Source of the DNA: the human T2T-CHM13v2.0 reference genome, Homo sapiens
Direction: 5' to 3' (one strand)
Length of the DNA: 64,000 nucleotides
NCBI RefSeq assembly: GCF_009914755.1
Contig: NC_060926.1
In this document: positions 17,245-33,235 of the stretch, in pieces
How the letters are laid out: every line of letters begins with the position of its first letter
Position numbering within the stretch: the first letter of the stretch is position 1
Notes under the pieces: generated by a model
Databases searched by the model: none
Told to the model about the DNA's origin: nothing
What the model saw: the letters and a program-made list of their open reading frames with translations, nothing else
Made by a program: the position numbers and the translations under genes

Positions 17245-17824
17245 GAGACAGAGTCTTGCTCTTTCGCCCAGGCTAGAGTGCAGTGGCGATCTCGGCTCAC
17301 TGCAAATCTACCCCCCAGGTTCAAGCGATTCTCCTGCCTCAGCCTCCCAAATAGCTGGGATTACAGGCGCCCGCCACCACACCCGGCTGATTTTTGTATT
17401 TTTAGTAGAGACGGGGTTTCACCGTGTTAGCCAGGATGGTCTTGATCTCCTGACCTCGTAGTCTGCCTGCCTCAGCCTCCCAAAGTGCTAGGATTACAGG
17501 CATGAGCCACTGCACCCGGCATATTTATTTATTTATTTATTTTTGAGACAGAGTCTTGTTCTGTCGCCCAGACTGGAGTGCAGTGGCACATTCTTGGTTC
17601 ACTGCAACCTCCACCTCCCGGCTTCAAAGGATTCTCACGCCCCAGACTCCTGAGTAGTTGGGACTACAGGTGTGCACCACCACGCCCGGCTAATTTTTGT
17701 ATTTTTAGTAGAGACGGGATTTCTTCCTGTTGGCCAGACTGGTCTCAAACTCCTGACCTCAAGCGATCAGCCTGCCTTGGCCTCCCAAAGTGCTGGGATT
17801 ATAGGCGTGAATCACCATGCCCAG
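17200..17824 (-). mobile_element. Two tandem Alus with (TTTA)n tails
   Basis: Two complete reverse-complement dimers, 17200-17520 and 17521-17824. Confidence 0.93.
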
Positions 17825-18029
17825 TCTCCTTTAAATATTCTTGATACTCCTGTAGTGTCTGTTGACACGCATGCACTGGCTGTGGGAGCAATTCGGAGCT
17901 AGGACATGCAGCAGTTTCTCCGCCAGCTGAGTTGACAGCCTGGTGGACACACTTTTCCCACTTGTTTTTGTGGGACCAGTAGCTGTCAGAGACCTCCACC
18001 TCAAAAGCGTGACTTCTCCTGTCATAGGG

Positions 18030-18445
18030 TAAGGCTGCCAGGAGTCAGATTTTGAGATGAAGTTTAGCAGTGAGTTGATTGATTAAGGAGTGCTCTCATG
18101 ATCAGTATTTACAGAAAGAAGGAGAAGAAACTGGGATTGGGTAGAAGTCGAGTTGTAATGCCATCCCAACAAAGGCCTCAGTTGATGCCACGGGGAACTC
18201 TTTAAGCACTAGGATGACCTCTCAGAGTTGTCCCAACTTAGGCTGATCTTAATACCCCACACTGATAAAAAAAAATCCTGGCAGGAAGTGTGACCTCAGG
18301 AGAGGCAATTTTGTTCACGCAAGTGCAATCTTCCTAGGGGACTAACAGCCGACGGCCAAGTTCCAGTAGCACTGCCAGTGGCTAGGGGAAAAAGACCTTC
18401 ACTCCTAGAGGGGAATCTGGACCATGCATCACAGCGTTCACTACA
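18030..18445 (-). mobile_element. Old ERVL LTR (LTR16-like)
   Basis: GGAGTGCTCTC...ACAAAGGCCTCAG...GGGGAACTCT...CTCTCAGAGTTGTCCC motifs. Confidence 0.5.
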
Positions 18446-19783
18446 ACTTGCAAAAATTGTAGAGGATCGGCCAGAGTTAAGACTTTAGCCCAAATGACTG
18501 TTGCCGCTTTCCATCCATTTCCCATTTCCCATGATTTATCAGTTCATATTTGTCCATCTCATTTTATTTCAGAATACGGCAAATCAAAGCTGATTTTCAT
18601 TCCTATGCTAAGAGGAGAGGTGTTGTCCAGAAGAATAAACCATCTCACCGAAGAGAAGGGTAAAAATAAGGGAAAATTATACAAGACTGACCCCATTGTT
18701 ACAGTTGATTGGTTTACAGTGGCAAGACATCAGAACCACATGATGGGTCCACTTAATGGATGGGTTTTTGAGAATGGCTGGTAAGCGGGTGCCATGTTAG
18801 TTCTGGGTCAGATTGAAAGGTCATGCCTAGTTCCTTTTCCAGCCACTGTGCGACTCTCTTCAAAATATAGAGAAATCATTGGGGGGAAAAGCAAAGAACA
18901 CACCCTCACACCGTGACCATTCTCCCACTTGGTTGTCAGAGTCCCACTTTTCTAACCACAGGGTCTCCAGTGCAAGCCCAGAGATGAGAGAGAGGAATAA
19001 AATATCTTTTTACAATGATCATAATAATCCCCAATCTCTGCTCTCCCTGGAGGCTTATTTTGAAAATCACAGCGATTTAACTTGTTAGCAGTTTAATTCA
19101 CTTTTAAAAGATTAACCAGACTAATTATTCATCAGATTTCACCATCATTGTCAGCCTCAATAAGGATCTTTTGTTACAATGATTAATGTGTTTTAATTGT
19201 ATCTTCTCTCAGAGCAATAATTCGATCGCACAGTATTTGCCGAATCTATGGAAATCTTGGAAATGCTTTGACAGCTGAGCTATTCTTGGGAAATGAAAGT
19301 AAAGGAATATATGTAACTAACAAAAAGTGTTTTATAGTGTATCATTAATATGGATTTTCTTCCTCTCTGACAGAGACCTTGCTCTACCAGCTTCAGTCCA
19401 TGAAGCTGCCCGCTGTTCAGTCAGTTTGCCATTCAGGGACATCATAGATCAACTAATACAGCTGACTAAACTGTCTCCAGTTGGTGTCTTCAAATATATG
19501 CTAGTCATAGTAATACTCAGAGCAAATATATCTAGGTCACAGGGAAAGTTAGTCAACTAGCCAGTGTCCATAAATAATCATCCAACTAAGAGACTGGATC
19601 CTGTGTTGACCATTTTGTTTTCTACCTAATGCTTCATCCTCATTCATTTAACTGGTGGCTGCTGTCCAAGTTAAGGGTTTTTAGAACAGCAAAAAGGTTT
19701 GGAGAACCTGATAGAGAGATGAATTATATGTGGCCAATACTAATTTCAAACTTCAAATGTGTTTTAATATTCTTATTTTTTAA

Positions 19784-20012
19784 AGCACAGTGGTTCTAAG
19801 AGCTTTGGGATCAGATCTGAATTTTATTCTTGGCACTACTACTTATTAATTATGAGAGCTTGCTGGAAATTAGCAGGACCTAGCCTCCCTGAGCCTTGGT
19901 TTCCTCATCTCTAAACTAGGTATAATAATATCCACCTCATAGTGAGAATTAAAATGAAGTGTTACATGTAAGACTTAGTATACTTCCTGGACTACAGTAA
20001 GCATTCAATAAA
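19784..20012 (+). mobile_element. MIR SINE
   Basis: Core CCTGAGCCTTGGTTTCCTCATCTCTAAA...ATAATAATA..CCACCTCATAG and 3' GTAAGCATTCAATAAAT. Confidence 0.75.
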
Positions 20013-20734
20013 TTGTTTTTGAAAAAGCGATAGGCCTTCATAGTGCAAGACAATCATATGTACATGAGCATTTCAGATGATAACAATTACCCTGAGATCA
20101 GTAAGAAAGGTGTGCTGTTATTGTTTTTGTTTGTTGTTTTCAGACAGGAAAACTGGGCACAAAGAGATGTGGTAATCTTTGTAAATTGGTCATGTATGTT
20201 CATCAATAAACTACTTGATCAAGCACGAAGTGTGCTCTACAACCCACAGAGGCTGACTTCCATTCCTGCTTTTTCAACTGCATCCTTGGAGGCACCAAGG
20301 GCTCTGAATGAGCAGAGTGGTTGAGAACAGAAGTAATTCATTATTTGTTGACAGACTTTAGCCCTGCTGTTGTGATTACATGAATGTAGTAATTTTTTAA
20401 AGCACAGTGGTTCTAAGAGCTTTGGGATCAGACCAACAAAACCAGGCATAACTTCACTTAACTCATGTCAAGCCAAGGAGGTAAGTATCACTCTTCCCCA
20501 AATTTGACAGCTGAGGATACTGAGGCTTAGAGATATTTAGTAATGTGCTTTGACGGATTCAAACCCAGATCTGTCTGATTCCAGGGTCTGTTTTAACCAT
20601 ACACTATTTTGCCTCCTGCCAGTCCCACTTAGAAAAATGCAGTTTTAAACAGGGTCTAACTGAGACCTGTGAGGTCTATATAGTAACCAATGACCATTTT
20701 TTGAATTATTGTGCTAGTGCTTCATACACCCTGA

Positions 20735-21145
<411 letters not shown>

Positions 21146-21155
21146 TAGAGGGTCA

Positions 21156-21532
<377 letters not shown>

Positions 21533-24451
21533 TTATACCTGATTCCTCAACTTATTTGACCACAAAACCCTTCTTTTTAGTTATAATAATTAAGAACCTA
21601 TGGGAACTCATTTAGATTCATTTAAATAAAAATCATTGTGAAATTTTTTAGCACCCAGTATACCCCAGACTGCTCTCAGAACTTCATATGTATTAACTCA
21701 CGTTATAATATTCTTAATGAGGCAGGTATTTTAAAAATAATCTTTTCAGGTAGGTATTTTTATTAAGCAGCTTTCCCAAGATCACCAACTAGTAAGTGGC
21801 AGAGCCAGGACCTGAACTGAGGTTGCCTCTCTCTAAAGCCTATGCTTCCTCAGCTTCCATGGAAGAGCTAAGAAATAGTCAGTCATACGCAAAGGTATGC
21901 TGTGTTTTTTCCTACTTTAAATCTAGGATAAATATGCAACACCAAATTACCATCTGATCACATGGACCCAACTAAAGGGGAAAAACAACAGGCAAAGCCA
22001 CTTCTCTGAATCGGACACTCAAAACCATCCGATTTGTCTGTTTGATCTTAATAACAACATTCTCCCCTATAGTGTTGTTTAATTCTTAAATACTTTTCAT
22101 TTGTTCCAGCTATAGAGGTCTACTTATATTTTTGTAGATGTATTTTGAAGCAGAGGTAACACCCTCTTATCACCGTATCTTTTCCTGGGTAATAATCACT
22201 TCAATTTTCCTCCAGGCCAAATGGACCAAGATCAGACAGATAAAAATTCTTACTTAGAAACAATCAGGTGATCACCCATCAGAATTAGGAAAGATATAAT
22301 TTTCTCCAGGAAGGCAAAAGGCACTCGAATTTTCCTTTCTTTTCTCTTCACTGCTTTTCCTTTTCTTCCTTTTCTTTTACTTTATTCAGTTTCAGGTGGA
22401 ATAATGCCTTGAGGGATGACAGAGTTTGGGACTCACTCACTTAACAGAAGGTACCCCAGCCTAGAAGGAGGACCAGGAGGAAAGACAGACCTCCAAAAGG
22501 GACAGAACACCCCAAGAAAGTTTTCAAGTACTATTGTTGCCTTTTTCTTTTGATCCTTTCTCCCCACAGAGTGGCTTTTATTTTTAAGCATACTTTTCCA
22601 AGTTGTTACATTAACAAATTTGCACTGGTTTCTTTATCCTTGTCATCTAAAAGACCACCTTGTCTGTGGATGGTGAACTTTTTCTTCATGCCAGGCCTGC
22701 TGTACTGTCTAATGTCACAAGTGTCTGCTCACATTAGCTCCTGGAGACTGGAGAAGATTCCGCATGGGGCCTTTCCAGCAAGTTGATTTGACAGAATGAG
22801 TCCCCATGCTAGCTCATGGCACTTATCAGTTAGTCAGCCTTCCGCAGGGACAGGAATTTAGAGTGCACCATATTCCACTTCCAAATCAACTGCTGTCCCC
22901 TCAGGAAGCTGTGTGTTGCATTATTAAAAGAGATGCCTTCAACCACAGGACCATACTTAAACATTCATCCACATTAAAAAAAAAAGTAGAGAGTTGGGGA
23001 GAGACAACAAAACAATGCCCCAAACCCTTCACTGTGTTAACTCTTTCCCTCCAGGGTTCCTGCCTCCGTCAATGAACAGTCCTGGAACTTTTACTAGTGA
23101 GCATGAACATTTGTAATATTGTGAATGTTACCTTTATTCAAAGGGAGTGCTTTTGCATTACTTTGGATGGCTATGAAACATTCCCCGAAATTCTGAGATC
23201 TTGGAGGTGAGGTCCCCATCATCTTTGATTTCTCCTTTTTGCTGAGCTCCTGTTACAAAATGAAACACAAAAATGCAGCTGCAAGAAACAGCAGTGACTT
23301 TGATTTACTTGTTACCTACTTCTCCTAGTTCAGATAAAATGAGGGAATTAGTGCTTCATTGAAAATCAACAGATCTAAAACTCACACTTTAATAATTAAA
23401 ACTTCAGATCTTTCTAATTTTAAAAAAATAATATATGTGCCCATTTTACCTTTATCTTTCCAAATGAGAAATTGATGAGATTGCTGGAGAAAAAGAGAGA
23501 TCCTTTTTAAAGCTGTATGTTGATATAAATATGAAAATGGATTAAACTCTGCTTCTAATTTCCAAACATGTGTACTTCAATGAATATTAAATGGCAGGCC
23601 CCTATCACCATCATGACTTATTTACTCACTGGAGTTTTTATCAAAAAGGGACCGGAGTTGCCTGTGGAGCATGAAAGTCTCCTGTAATTGAGTTTAGAGT
23701 GGTAAATCCACTAAACAGGCCACAGCCCCAGAGACACCCCCGAAACCCACCTGTCAGCTGGTGTTAGATCACAGCTCAAACAAGGCATGGCTGCCTGCTC
23801 CTGCTAAATACCACTGTGGCCCAAAACAAAAAAAAGAGACGTCATTCCCCAGGGGGTGAAGGAGGGCTGGGGGCAAGCCACGGGAGTTGGGAGGGCAGGC
23901 GAAAAACTCTCATCTAACAGCTGCCCCATGTCAGCTGGAATCATGATCTGAAACTCAGCTTGGGAGGGGGACAGGCTAGGGCCTTTTTTGGTAAGGTGTC
24001 ATTTCTTTATTTCAACATCCATTATGTGTGAGCGTAATAGAGTGGACAAGAAGCTTTTTTTTTTTTTTTTTAATCATGATTGAGCCATGGAAATCAAAGC
24101 CCAGAATTTCAAGGGGGATAAAGATACAGCAGGCTTAAGACTCGTGCAGAAAGGTCCACATCTGGAAAGGGAGAGAAGCCCCAGATGAAGACATGCTGGG
24201 TCAGCAACGTTGAGCTCGAGCGTATGAACATTTTAAGCTAAAGAACCATCATTCACCCAATAAACATTTATTAATTGTTTACTAGTGCAGATTACTGTAT
24301 CAGTTGCTGAGTGTATCAAGATAAATAAGACATAGTCCTTGCCCTGAAAGAACTTAAAATGTAGTTGGGGAAAACATGCAGGTAAGTCAATTTAACAATA
24401 AAGCGTCAATGGCTGTGGGAACAAAATTATGTGCTCAAGTTGGTAAGTTAG

Positions 24452-24801
<350 letters not shown>

Positions 24802-25551
24802 TGACATCTAAGCTGGGTTTTTCAGAATGGGTAGGATTTTGCCGAGCAAAGGAGAAGGGTAGGGTGGGTGTGGGGATGGCGATAGGAATGAGAAGCCCTT
24901 ACTGTATAGAAAAGACATAATATCAAAAGGGATAGAAGCCAGGTGTGATGGCTTACAGCTATAATCCCAGCTACTCAGGAGGCTGAGGCAGGAGGATCAT
25001 TTGAGCCCAGGAGTTCAAGGCCAGCCTGGGGAACATAGTGAGACCCTGTTTCTAAAAATAAAAAAAAAAAAATAAAAAAGATAGAATATGGTGCCCTCAC
25101 AGGACTCTCAGAGGCTTGCCATGGCAGGGGCATAGGTGATGGGAATGGAATACAGCTTCAGGGAGATGGGGCTAGAATGGGAGACAGAGAGACGTCAAAT
25201 GATCAAAGGTTTTAGCAACCTGGCTAATACATTTGAGGTTTATTCTGAAAGCCATGCGGAGCAATGGAAGGAGGTAAAGCAGGGGAGTGACATGGTCAGA
25301 TTTGCCTGTTAGGAAGGCCCATTTACCTGCTTTGTGAAGCATTTTGTTAAAGAGGCAAGGCTGGAAACGGGAAGGCCAGGCAGGAGGCAGCTCCAGGAGT
25401 CTGAGAGAAAGGATGATGGCCTGAACCAGTGATGGAGGGGAGGGGACAAATTGAGAAATATTACAGAAAAGAGTCAGTAGAACTTGGAAGGCAATTGAAA
25501 AGGGGACAAGAAGGAGGAATCCAGATGGCTCCAAGGTCCCTGGCTTGCCTC

Positions 25552-25679
25552 TAGGATTGCTAGATTTAGCACATGAAAATACATGCAATATTTGGGACGT
25601 AACGATACTATGACATTATTCCTTGTTTATCTGAAATTTGAATTTAACTAGGAATCCTGTATTTACTCTGGCAACCCTA
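25552..25679. mobile_element. MER53-like miniature DNA transposon
   Basis: Terminal inverted repeats TAGGATTGCTAGA ... TCTGGCAACCCTA. Confidence 0.7.
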
Positions 25680-25819
25680 CTTTGGTGACTGGTAAATGGT
25701 GGGTCATTTTTCAATCTGGGGATGGCAAAAGGCACAGTTGTGGGAGAGGGGGCCAAAAAGATCATTTTACTTTTATTTATATTCAGTTTGTGATATCTGA
25801 GGGATATAGTAGACATCCC

Positions 25820-26178
25820 ATTATCCCTCAATACCTTCCTGCCCTTTTTCTATAACAATGGTTTTAACTGCACATGGCCAGTCAGCTAAAGACTTTACTT
25901 CCCAGCGTCCCTTACAGTAAGTGTGGCCATGTGACCAAACTCTGGCCAATGGGATGTAAGAAAAAGCAATGTATGCTTTGCCCTTAGAAGAAGTAGGCAC
26001 AAGCTCCCTTGACCCTTTTTTCCTTTCCACTGGTTGAAAGATAAATCAGAACTAACGCAGCCACCTTGGGCCTAGAGAGGAGAAGCACAAGTTGAGGACA
26101 GCAGTGTCATCTAACTTGCCCTGGGCCGCCTATCTCTGAATTTTAGAAATAAGCTTAGCCTGTACCCTAACTACGATA
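25820..26178 (+). mobile_element. MLT1J-like MaLR LTR
   Basis: TTCCCAGCGTCCCTT...GTGGCCATGTGACCAAACTCTGGCCAATGGGATGTAAG signature. Confidence 0.65.
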
Positions 26179-26510
26179 AAACATCCAAGAAGAAATGTCC
26201 AGTAGGCAGTTGGATACACCAGTCTACAGCTTAGGAGAGGGCGTGAGCTAGAGAGAAAGAATTGGGGGTGATTTAGTATGTAGGCACTGAGTGAGGCTTA
26301 GTTTAGATGAGCACTCCTAGGAGAAATGTGAGGTGTGAGATGAATGAAGGACAAGAAAGCCAAATACTATCATCTCTTTTTTCTTTTGATGCTTTTTTTT
26401 GAGATAACCTTAAACTTTATCCTCAAGTAAATACAGATGTTCCAGGAATACTAGGATGATTTTTGAGCGTTTTGTTTTCATTTCATTTCCTCTATATAGC
26501 CATGCGTTAA

Positions 26511-26850
<340 letters not shown>

Positions 26851-27224
26851 CCTCATTTGATTTTATTTGGATTTATATTTCAGCACCGGCTGGGAAGAGA
26901 ATGTGTTCTCATGCCCTGTGGGCATTTGGACACTCTCACAGGTCCTGGTGGGTGTGCTAGGGTCTGTGTGAGGGTCAGGTTATGTGTGTGTGATTTTGCA
27001 TGTGCCTCTGTGGGTGTGTCAGTGCGACATGTGCCTTCGTTTCTCTGTTCTCGCAGTTGTCTTTTCAAATCTAAAGTGTTTGAAGGAAGGAATCTCCCAA
27101 ACTTCCCCAAAGATATTTCTTGCCTCTTCTCTATAAGTCTTCCTATTCTCAGACACCAGACTGAGGCTGAATTTTACATAATATGAAATAACCATGATCT
27201 GCATGAGGGTCAAGGGCACCATGA

Positions 27225-27226
<2 letters not shown>

Positions 27227-27255
<29 letters not shown>
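27227..27255. repeat. (GT)n microsatellite
   Basis: Direct inspection. Confidence 0.95.
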
Positions 27256-27258
<3 letters not shown>

Positions 27259-28020
27259 GGAAATTTCTAAATATACTCAAAAAATTAGAATAAAAAGAAT
27301 CTCCATGTATCCATCACCCAGCCTCAATCATTATCAACATTTGGCCAATCTTGCTTCCTCTCCCCCAACTCTTTTTTCCTTCTAGTGTATATTAAAGCAA
27401 ATATTAGGTAGTTTGACATTTCGTTTGGAACACTTAAGTTTTAATCTGTAATTGATAAGACTTTTTAATACATTTCACAATGTCATTGTTTACTTAAAAA
27501 AAAGAACAATTCCTCAATATCATCTAAACTCAATCCATATTCAAATTACCTGATTATCTCAAAGACATCTTTTTTCAGTTGTTTTTTAAAACTCCACATA
27601 TTGCATATGGTTGTGTCTTTTTCGTTTCTTTTATTCTGAAGCAGTTCACCCTTGTCACTGATTTGACAGGGAATCAGGTAATTTGTTCTGTATAATGTCT
27701 TAAGTTCCGTATCTGTCTGCTTCACTGTGGAGTGGTTAACATATTCTTCCATCCTCCATATTTCCTGTAAACTGATAGTTATATCTGGGCCTTGATTAGA
27801 TTCAAGGTCAATGTTTTTAGGCACCTATACTTTCTAGGGTGGCATTACTGTGAGACATATAATATTAATATCTTTTTTTTCACTTTTAATACTAATAGGA
27901 TTGATCAATGGGTTTAGGTAGCATCATCCCATAAAGTTCTCCATTAACCTTTCACCTGATGATTTTAGCATTTGTTGATTGTGACCTAAGTCCATTATGT
28001 CATTTCAAGTCTTAGTGATT
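27256..28020 (-). mobile_element. Old L1 3' end (L1MC-like)
   Basis: CCATGTATCCATCACCCAGCCTCAATCATTATCAACATTTGGCCAATCTTG and GGCCTTGATTAGATTCAAGG motifs. Confidence 0.65.
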
Positions 28021-28037
28021 TAAAAAAATTTTTTTCA

Positions 28038-28352
<315 letters not shown>

Positions 28353-29403
28353 TTATCTGGTATTCTTCGAGCTCTAGAATTTTGCTAATCAAAGGGAATA
28401 GTGGAGTTGCCAGGCTCTCAAGGCCAAATGAGGGCCCTGTTTTCTTGGCCTCTTTCCATGTTAAAAAGATTAATCCACCCTCCCCAAAGTGGCCACACCT
28501 AAATCCTAGTCTCTAACCGAAGGCAACTCTTTGTGCTCAGATAAGGTGGAAGTCAGCAAGGATCCTAGTAGAGGGGTCTACCCTTTGCTCCAGGAAAAAA
28601 GGGGCTCTAGGAGTAGCAGCAAGGCCTTCCCAGGACACAGGGAACTCAAGGCTGCTCAGGAACTGAGGCCTGATCTCCAGAGATCATCATTAGTTTGGGG
28701 AGGGCTCCCTTTGTCCACCCCCTTACCCTACCCCGGTCAGGCTCATTCTGGGGCCCTGGATTTCTGCTCTTCTCCAGGGAAGCAGCAGCATTCAGCCACT
28801 CACACCAGAAACAAATATCTGGGACTGTGGCTTTGACTTTCTGGTGCTTTTCCCTGTATCCTCAGATGAGCTCCACGTCCTTTGCCACCCTTGGCTTGGG
28901 CACTGGGCTGCATACCTCCTGCAGTTGCCCTTCTTTGAGGAGCAGGGACAGAGCTGATCTCCTGTTCCATGTCCCTCCATTAGCCCTTTCCTAGATCTAA
29001 GTCTTCCCCAAAAAGCCCTGGGACAAACAGTCCCAAAGGCAGGGCCCAATTGCTGGATTAAATGCTTAACTCCGAAGGTCCAGGATATATTTTATTTATA
29101 TATATCTCGATTATTAACTCTATCCCAGGCTCCATCCCCGGCTCAGTGTGGATAACTCTCCCCTCAGCAGCCGAATAAATCAGACCATTCTTCCTCTCCT
29201 GTAGAAGTTAGGTCTGCATGGAAAAGATAGCACTTACACTCATTTCTAAGAGGAAGATGTACTTTAAGTTCTGTATGAAAACATTGAGTTCCATGGTATA
29301 CACTGTTGGCATGAAAACAATGAGACTTTTAATTGCTCCCGAAACTCTAATATATATATTAGAGTTAATAATTAATATATAATATAATAGATATTATTAT
29401 ATG

Positions 29404-29404
<1 letters not shown>

Positions 29405-29452
<48 letters not shown>
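29405..29452. repeat. (TA)n microsatellite
   Basis: Long TA run within an AT-rich low-complexity patch. Confidence 0.95.
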
Positions 29453-29456
<4 letters not shown>

Positions 29457-30125
29457 CTTGAAAATAGTCACCTGCCTTTAGACAGTTGTAAGCCACAGGG
29501 GAAACTCTTTGAATTCCCACCAATAACCATTTGGCTTAGAACGACTTTCAGCTGTTTCTAAAAATCAAATTCACCCTGAAACGAGGGTGGTTTGCTCTCA
29601 CCTCACGATGGTGGGGAGAAGGTGGGCAGCAGTTAAATATGCCGTGGGGCTGAATGTGACCAACACGACAGTGCAGGGAAAGCTCCTTTGTCCCTGCGCG
29701 GCCCAGACTGGGACGCTAGATGGCAGGCTCACCTTCTAGATGGAAGCTTCCGGCTCCTTCTAGAGGGAAGCAGCCAGCCCTGGCAGCCCGGCCTCTGCTG
29801 GCAGTAGCCACACACTCCTGAGCAGTTCCCAGGGGCCTCCAGTGGGCTCCCCAGGGAGGGTGTGACCGATCCTCAGTGGAAGGCCCCAGAAGTGTCTGAT
29901 GTGAGAACAGGGAACGCCTGCCTGTCTCCTGCAGCTGCAGTGGGATCAGGGTTAGGGCCCACTTGATCCCAAACCTCATGGTTTGTGGCTATGGTGACTC
30001 CACTGGGCTGCCAGCCACACCCTCCTCCCACCTGCCTGTCCCCGTATGGGGGTGAGAAATGTCTCCAGCTTTCTTGGGCTGGCCCAAGGTTCGAGGTCTT
30101 TCAGGATGTCTGAAACTTGAGGTTA

Positions 30126-30495
<370 letters not shown>

Positions 30496-31077
30496 AGAGG
30501 GTTCTACTCTGGGTGTGGGCACTGCTGAGTGCCAGGAAACACTGCTAAGTGCCAGGAAAGAAATGTACAAGCCTGGGCTGACCACTGGGCTTGGGGTCTG
30601 TGTTTTCATTAATGTTCACGCCTCAGAGCATTCTTCACCCTTCTTCTTTTGGCTGCCCCTGCCCTCCTCCCATCCTACCCAGGGTTTACCAATAAGTACA
30701 AGTTCTCTAAAGGGCAAGAACCTTCAAGGACTTGCTTCTGGATTCCTGTGCCTGCTGCGTGGTGAGGCTCAGTGAATGTCTGCTAAATGAGTGATTGATT
30801 GAATAAATTAATGTTGGGATCCAGAAATCATCTGGCTTAGCCTCCTCCTTTTAGAAAGGGTATCAACTAATTGGAAATGTATTATGTTTTCTAGGATGCC
30901 TGCTTTCATCTTTACCCTCCTTCCCCTCTCCCATTTGAGATCCCACTCCCAGGGTCTCCATTTGGGAGTGCCTGAACCTTTCTTACATCTAGCTGAAATC
31001 CCACACACTGCAATTTGAGACTGATCTTTTTTGCTCTGACTTCAGTGTAAGTCGATGATGGAATTGGGGAATAATAT

Positions 31078-31478
31078 TGTTATGGGCTGAACTCTGTCCC
31101 CTATAAATTTTCTACTGGGAAATTTGAGGTACTCCCAGTATCTCAGAATGTGATGGTATTTGGAGACAGGGCCTTTAGTTAAAGTGGGGCCATTAGAAGG
31201 TGGCCTAATCCAGTCTGACTGATGTCCTTGTAAGAGGAAATTTGGACTAAAAGATACCACAGAATCACACACAGAGGAAAGACCAAGTGAGGAGACAGCA
31301 ATCGGGTCAACATTTGCAAGCCACGAGTGGAGGTCTCGGAAGAAACCAAACCTGCTGACACCTCAACGTTGGACTTCCAGCCTCCAGAACTGTGAGCAAA
31401 TAAGTATCTGTTGCTTAAGCATTCCCCCTCCCCCAAGACTGTAGTATGTTGTTAGGGCAGTCCTAGCAAACTAAGACA
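31078..31478 (+). mobile_element. MLT1B/C-like MaLR solo LTR
   Basis: TGTTATGGGCTGAACTCTGTCCCC ... GGACTTCCAGCCTCCAGAACTGTGAG ... CCTAGCAAACTAAGACA. Confidence 0.8.
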
Positions 31479-32245
31479 AATATGACAGCTACATGATTAT
31501 GCATGATACCTGATTATGATAGAAAGATACATGATTATAATAGAATATAATAAAAATGCTATGATACAGAATACTTTGCCCCTTTGTCGGCATGTCCAGC
31601 ATCTATAGAACTATTATCCAGCTGATGTGATGGTAACTGAGGTTTCCACCCCCACCTCTGGCTGCTGGCTCTTGCCAGACAGGCAGAGAGGAGGGAGAAA
31701 GACCCCTTAAGAAAGGAGAGATGTTCATAGCTTTAGTCAGCGTGGGCTGCCTGCCTGTCTAGGTTTTTTTTTTTTTTTAGAAAACCAGGCTCAAATGTGA
31801 TGAAAAATAGGTTGGTACAGCTCCCAGGAGAGGGGGTTACCTAGTAGGACAAAAGCCAAGCTCCCCGAAGAGGTCAGCACAGCCTCAGTGGCCCAAAGGT
31901 TGACACATCAAGATATATTAGGTTTGTCGAGAGAGAAAGGAGCAAAAGAGGCAGCTTGTTGGAGATTAGATTAGACCAGAGAAGACTGTGTAAAGGCTAC
32001 ACAACGGGGGGACTGAGGAGATGGGACGAAAAGAGGGAGGGCACAGGGCTGGCTGAGGAAACGACAAAGAGAAGCTGAAACTTTGAAGCAAAATCAGCCC
32101 AGTGAACACAGAGCACCTTGGGGTCAGAGATGAGCCAGGGGAAAGCTGTGAAAATCAAGGCAATGTCTCTCTCCTACCTGGGTCACATTTAAGTGGTAGG
32201 ATTTGGTCTTTTGAGAACTGACTAAAAGTAATTGACTCTCTTTAA

Positions 32246-32722
<477 letters not shown>

Positions 32723-33235
32723 TAAATGTCACAGTAAGATATCATTGGGAAAAAGAGAGAAATTCCCCAACAGGAGCACATGTAGAGGTGAGACCATCAT
32801 CCACAGACTGTCTCCCGCCTGGCACAGACCTGCAAGAAGGAAATCAGGGAAAGGGGGATAAAATTCAGATGTCCCCTTTGTCCATCCTCTCTCCTCTGCC
32901 CCCAATTTCCACCAACTTAGCCTGGCTCAGATGAGGAAACAAAGAATGGGCCTTGGCTCTGCCTCTCAGTGCCCTTGGTCTCTTGGTCCTGGATTTAGAG
33001 AAGTGACCACGCTCCCACCCCCAATGCCCTTTCCCTCCTTCTCACCATATTCCTCACTCAGGGAAAGGGATGGAGGAAAACCTGGTCTTGCAGCTCCAAC
33101 CATGTGTGCACGGGTAGCAGAGTTGGGAGGTTGCACTTTAGTTTTAGTAATACTTGGGTCCCTAAGGAAAAAGAACAAATCTCGAAAAGCTTAGAGATCA
33201 TCAAAATAACTCCCCCACTTTCTTCATAAAGTTGT

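Larger units (their letters stand above)
25090..26330 (-). mobile_element. L2 fragment with nested MER53 and MLT1J-like insertions
   Basis: L2 motifs GGGGAGTGACATGGTCAGATTTG, GATGGCTCCAAGGT and AGTAGGCAGTTGGATA continue across the inserts. Confidence 0.65.

Noticed and set aside
19327-19560. 77-aa ORF with an acceptor-like site at 19373
   Set aside because: No convincing donor and no recognisable peptide.
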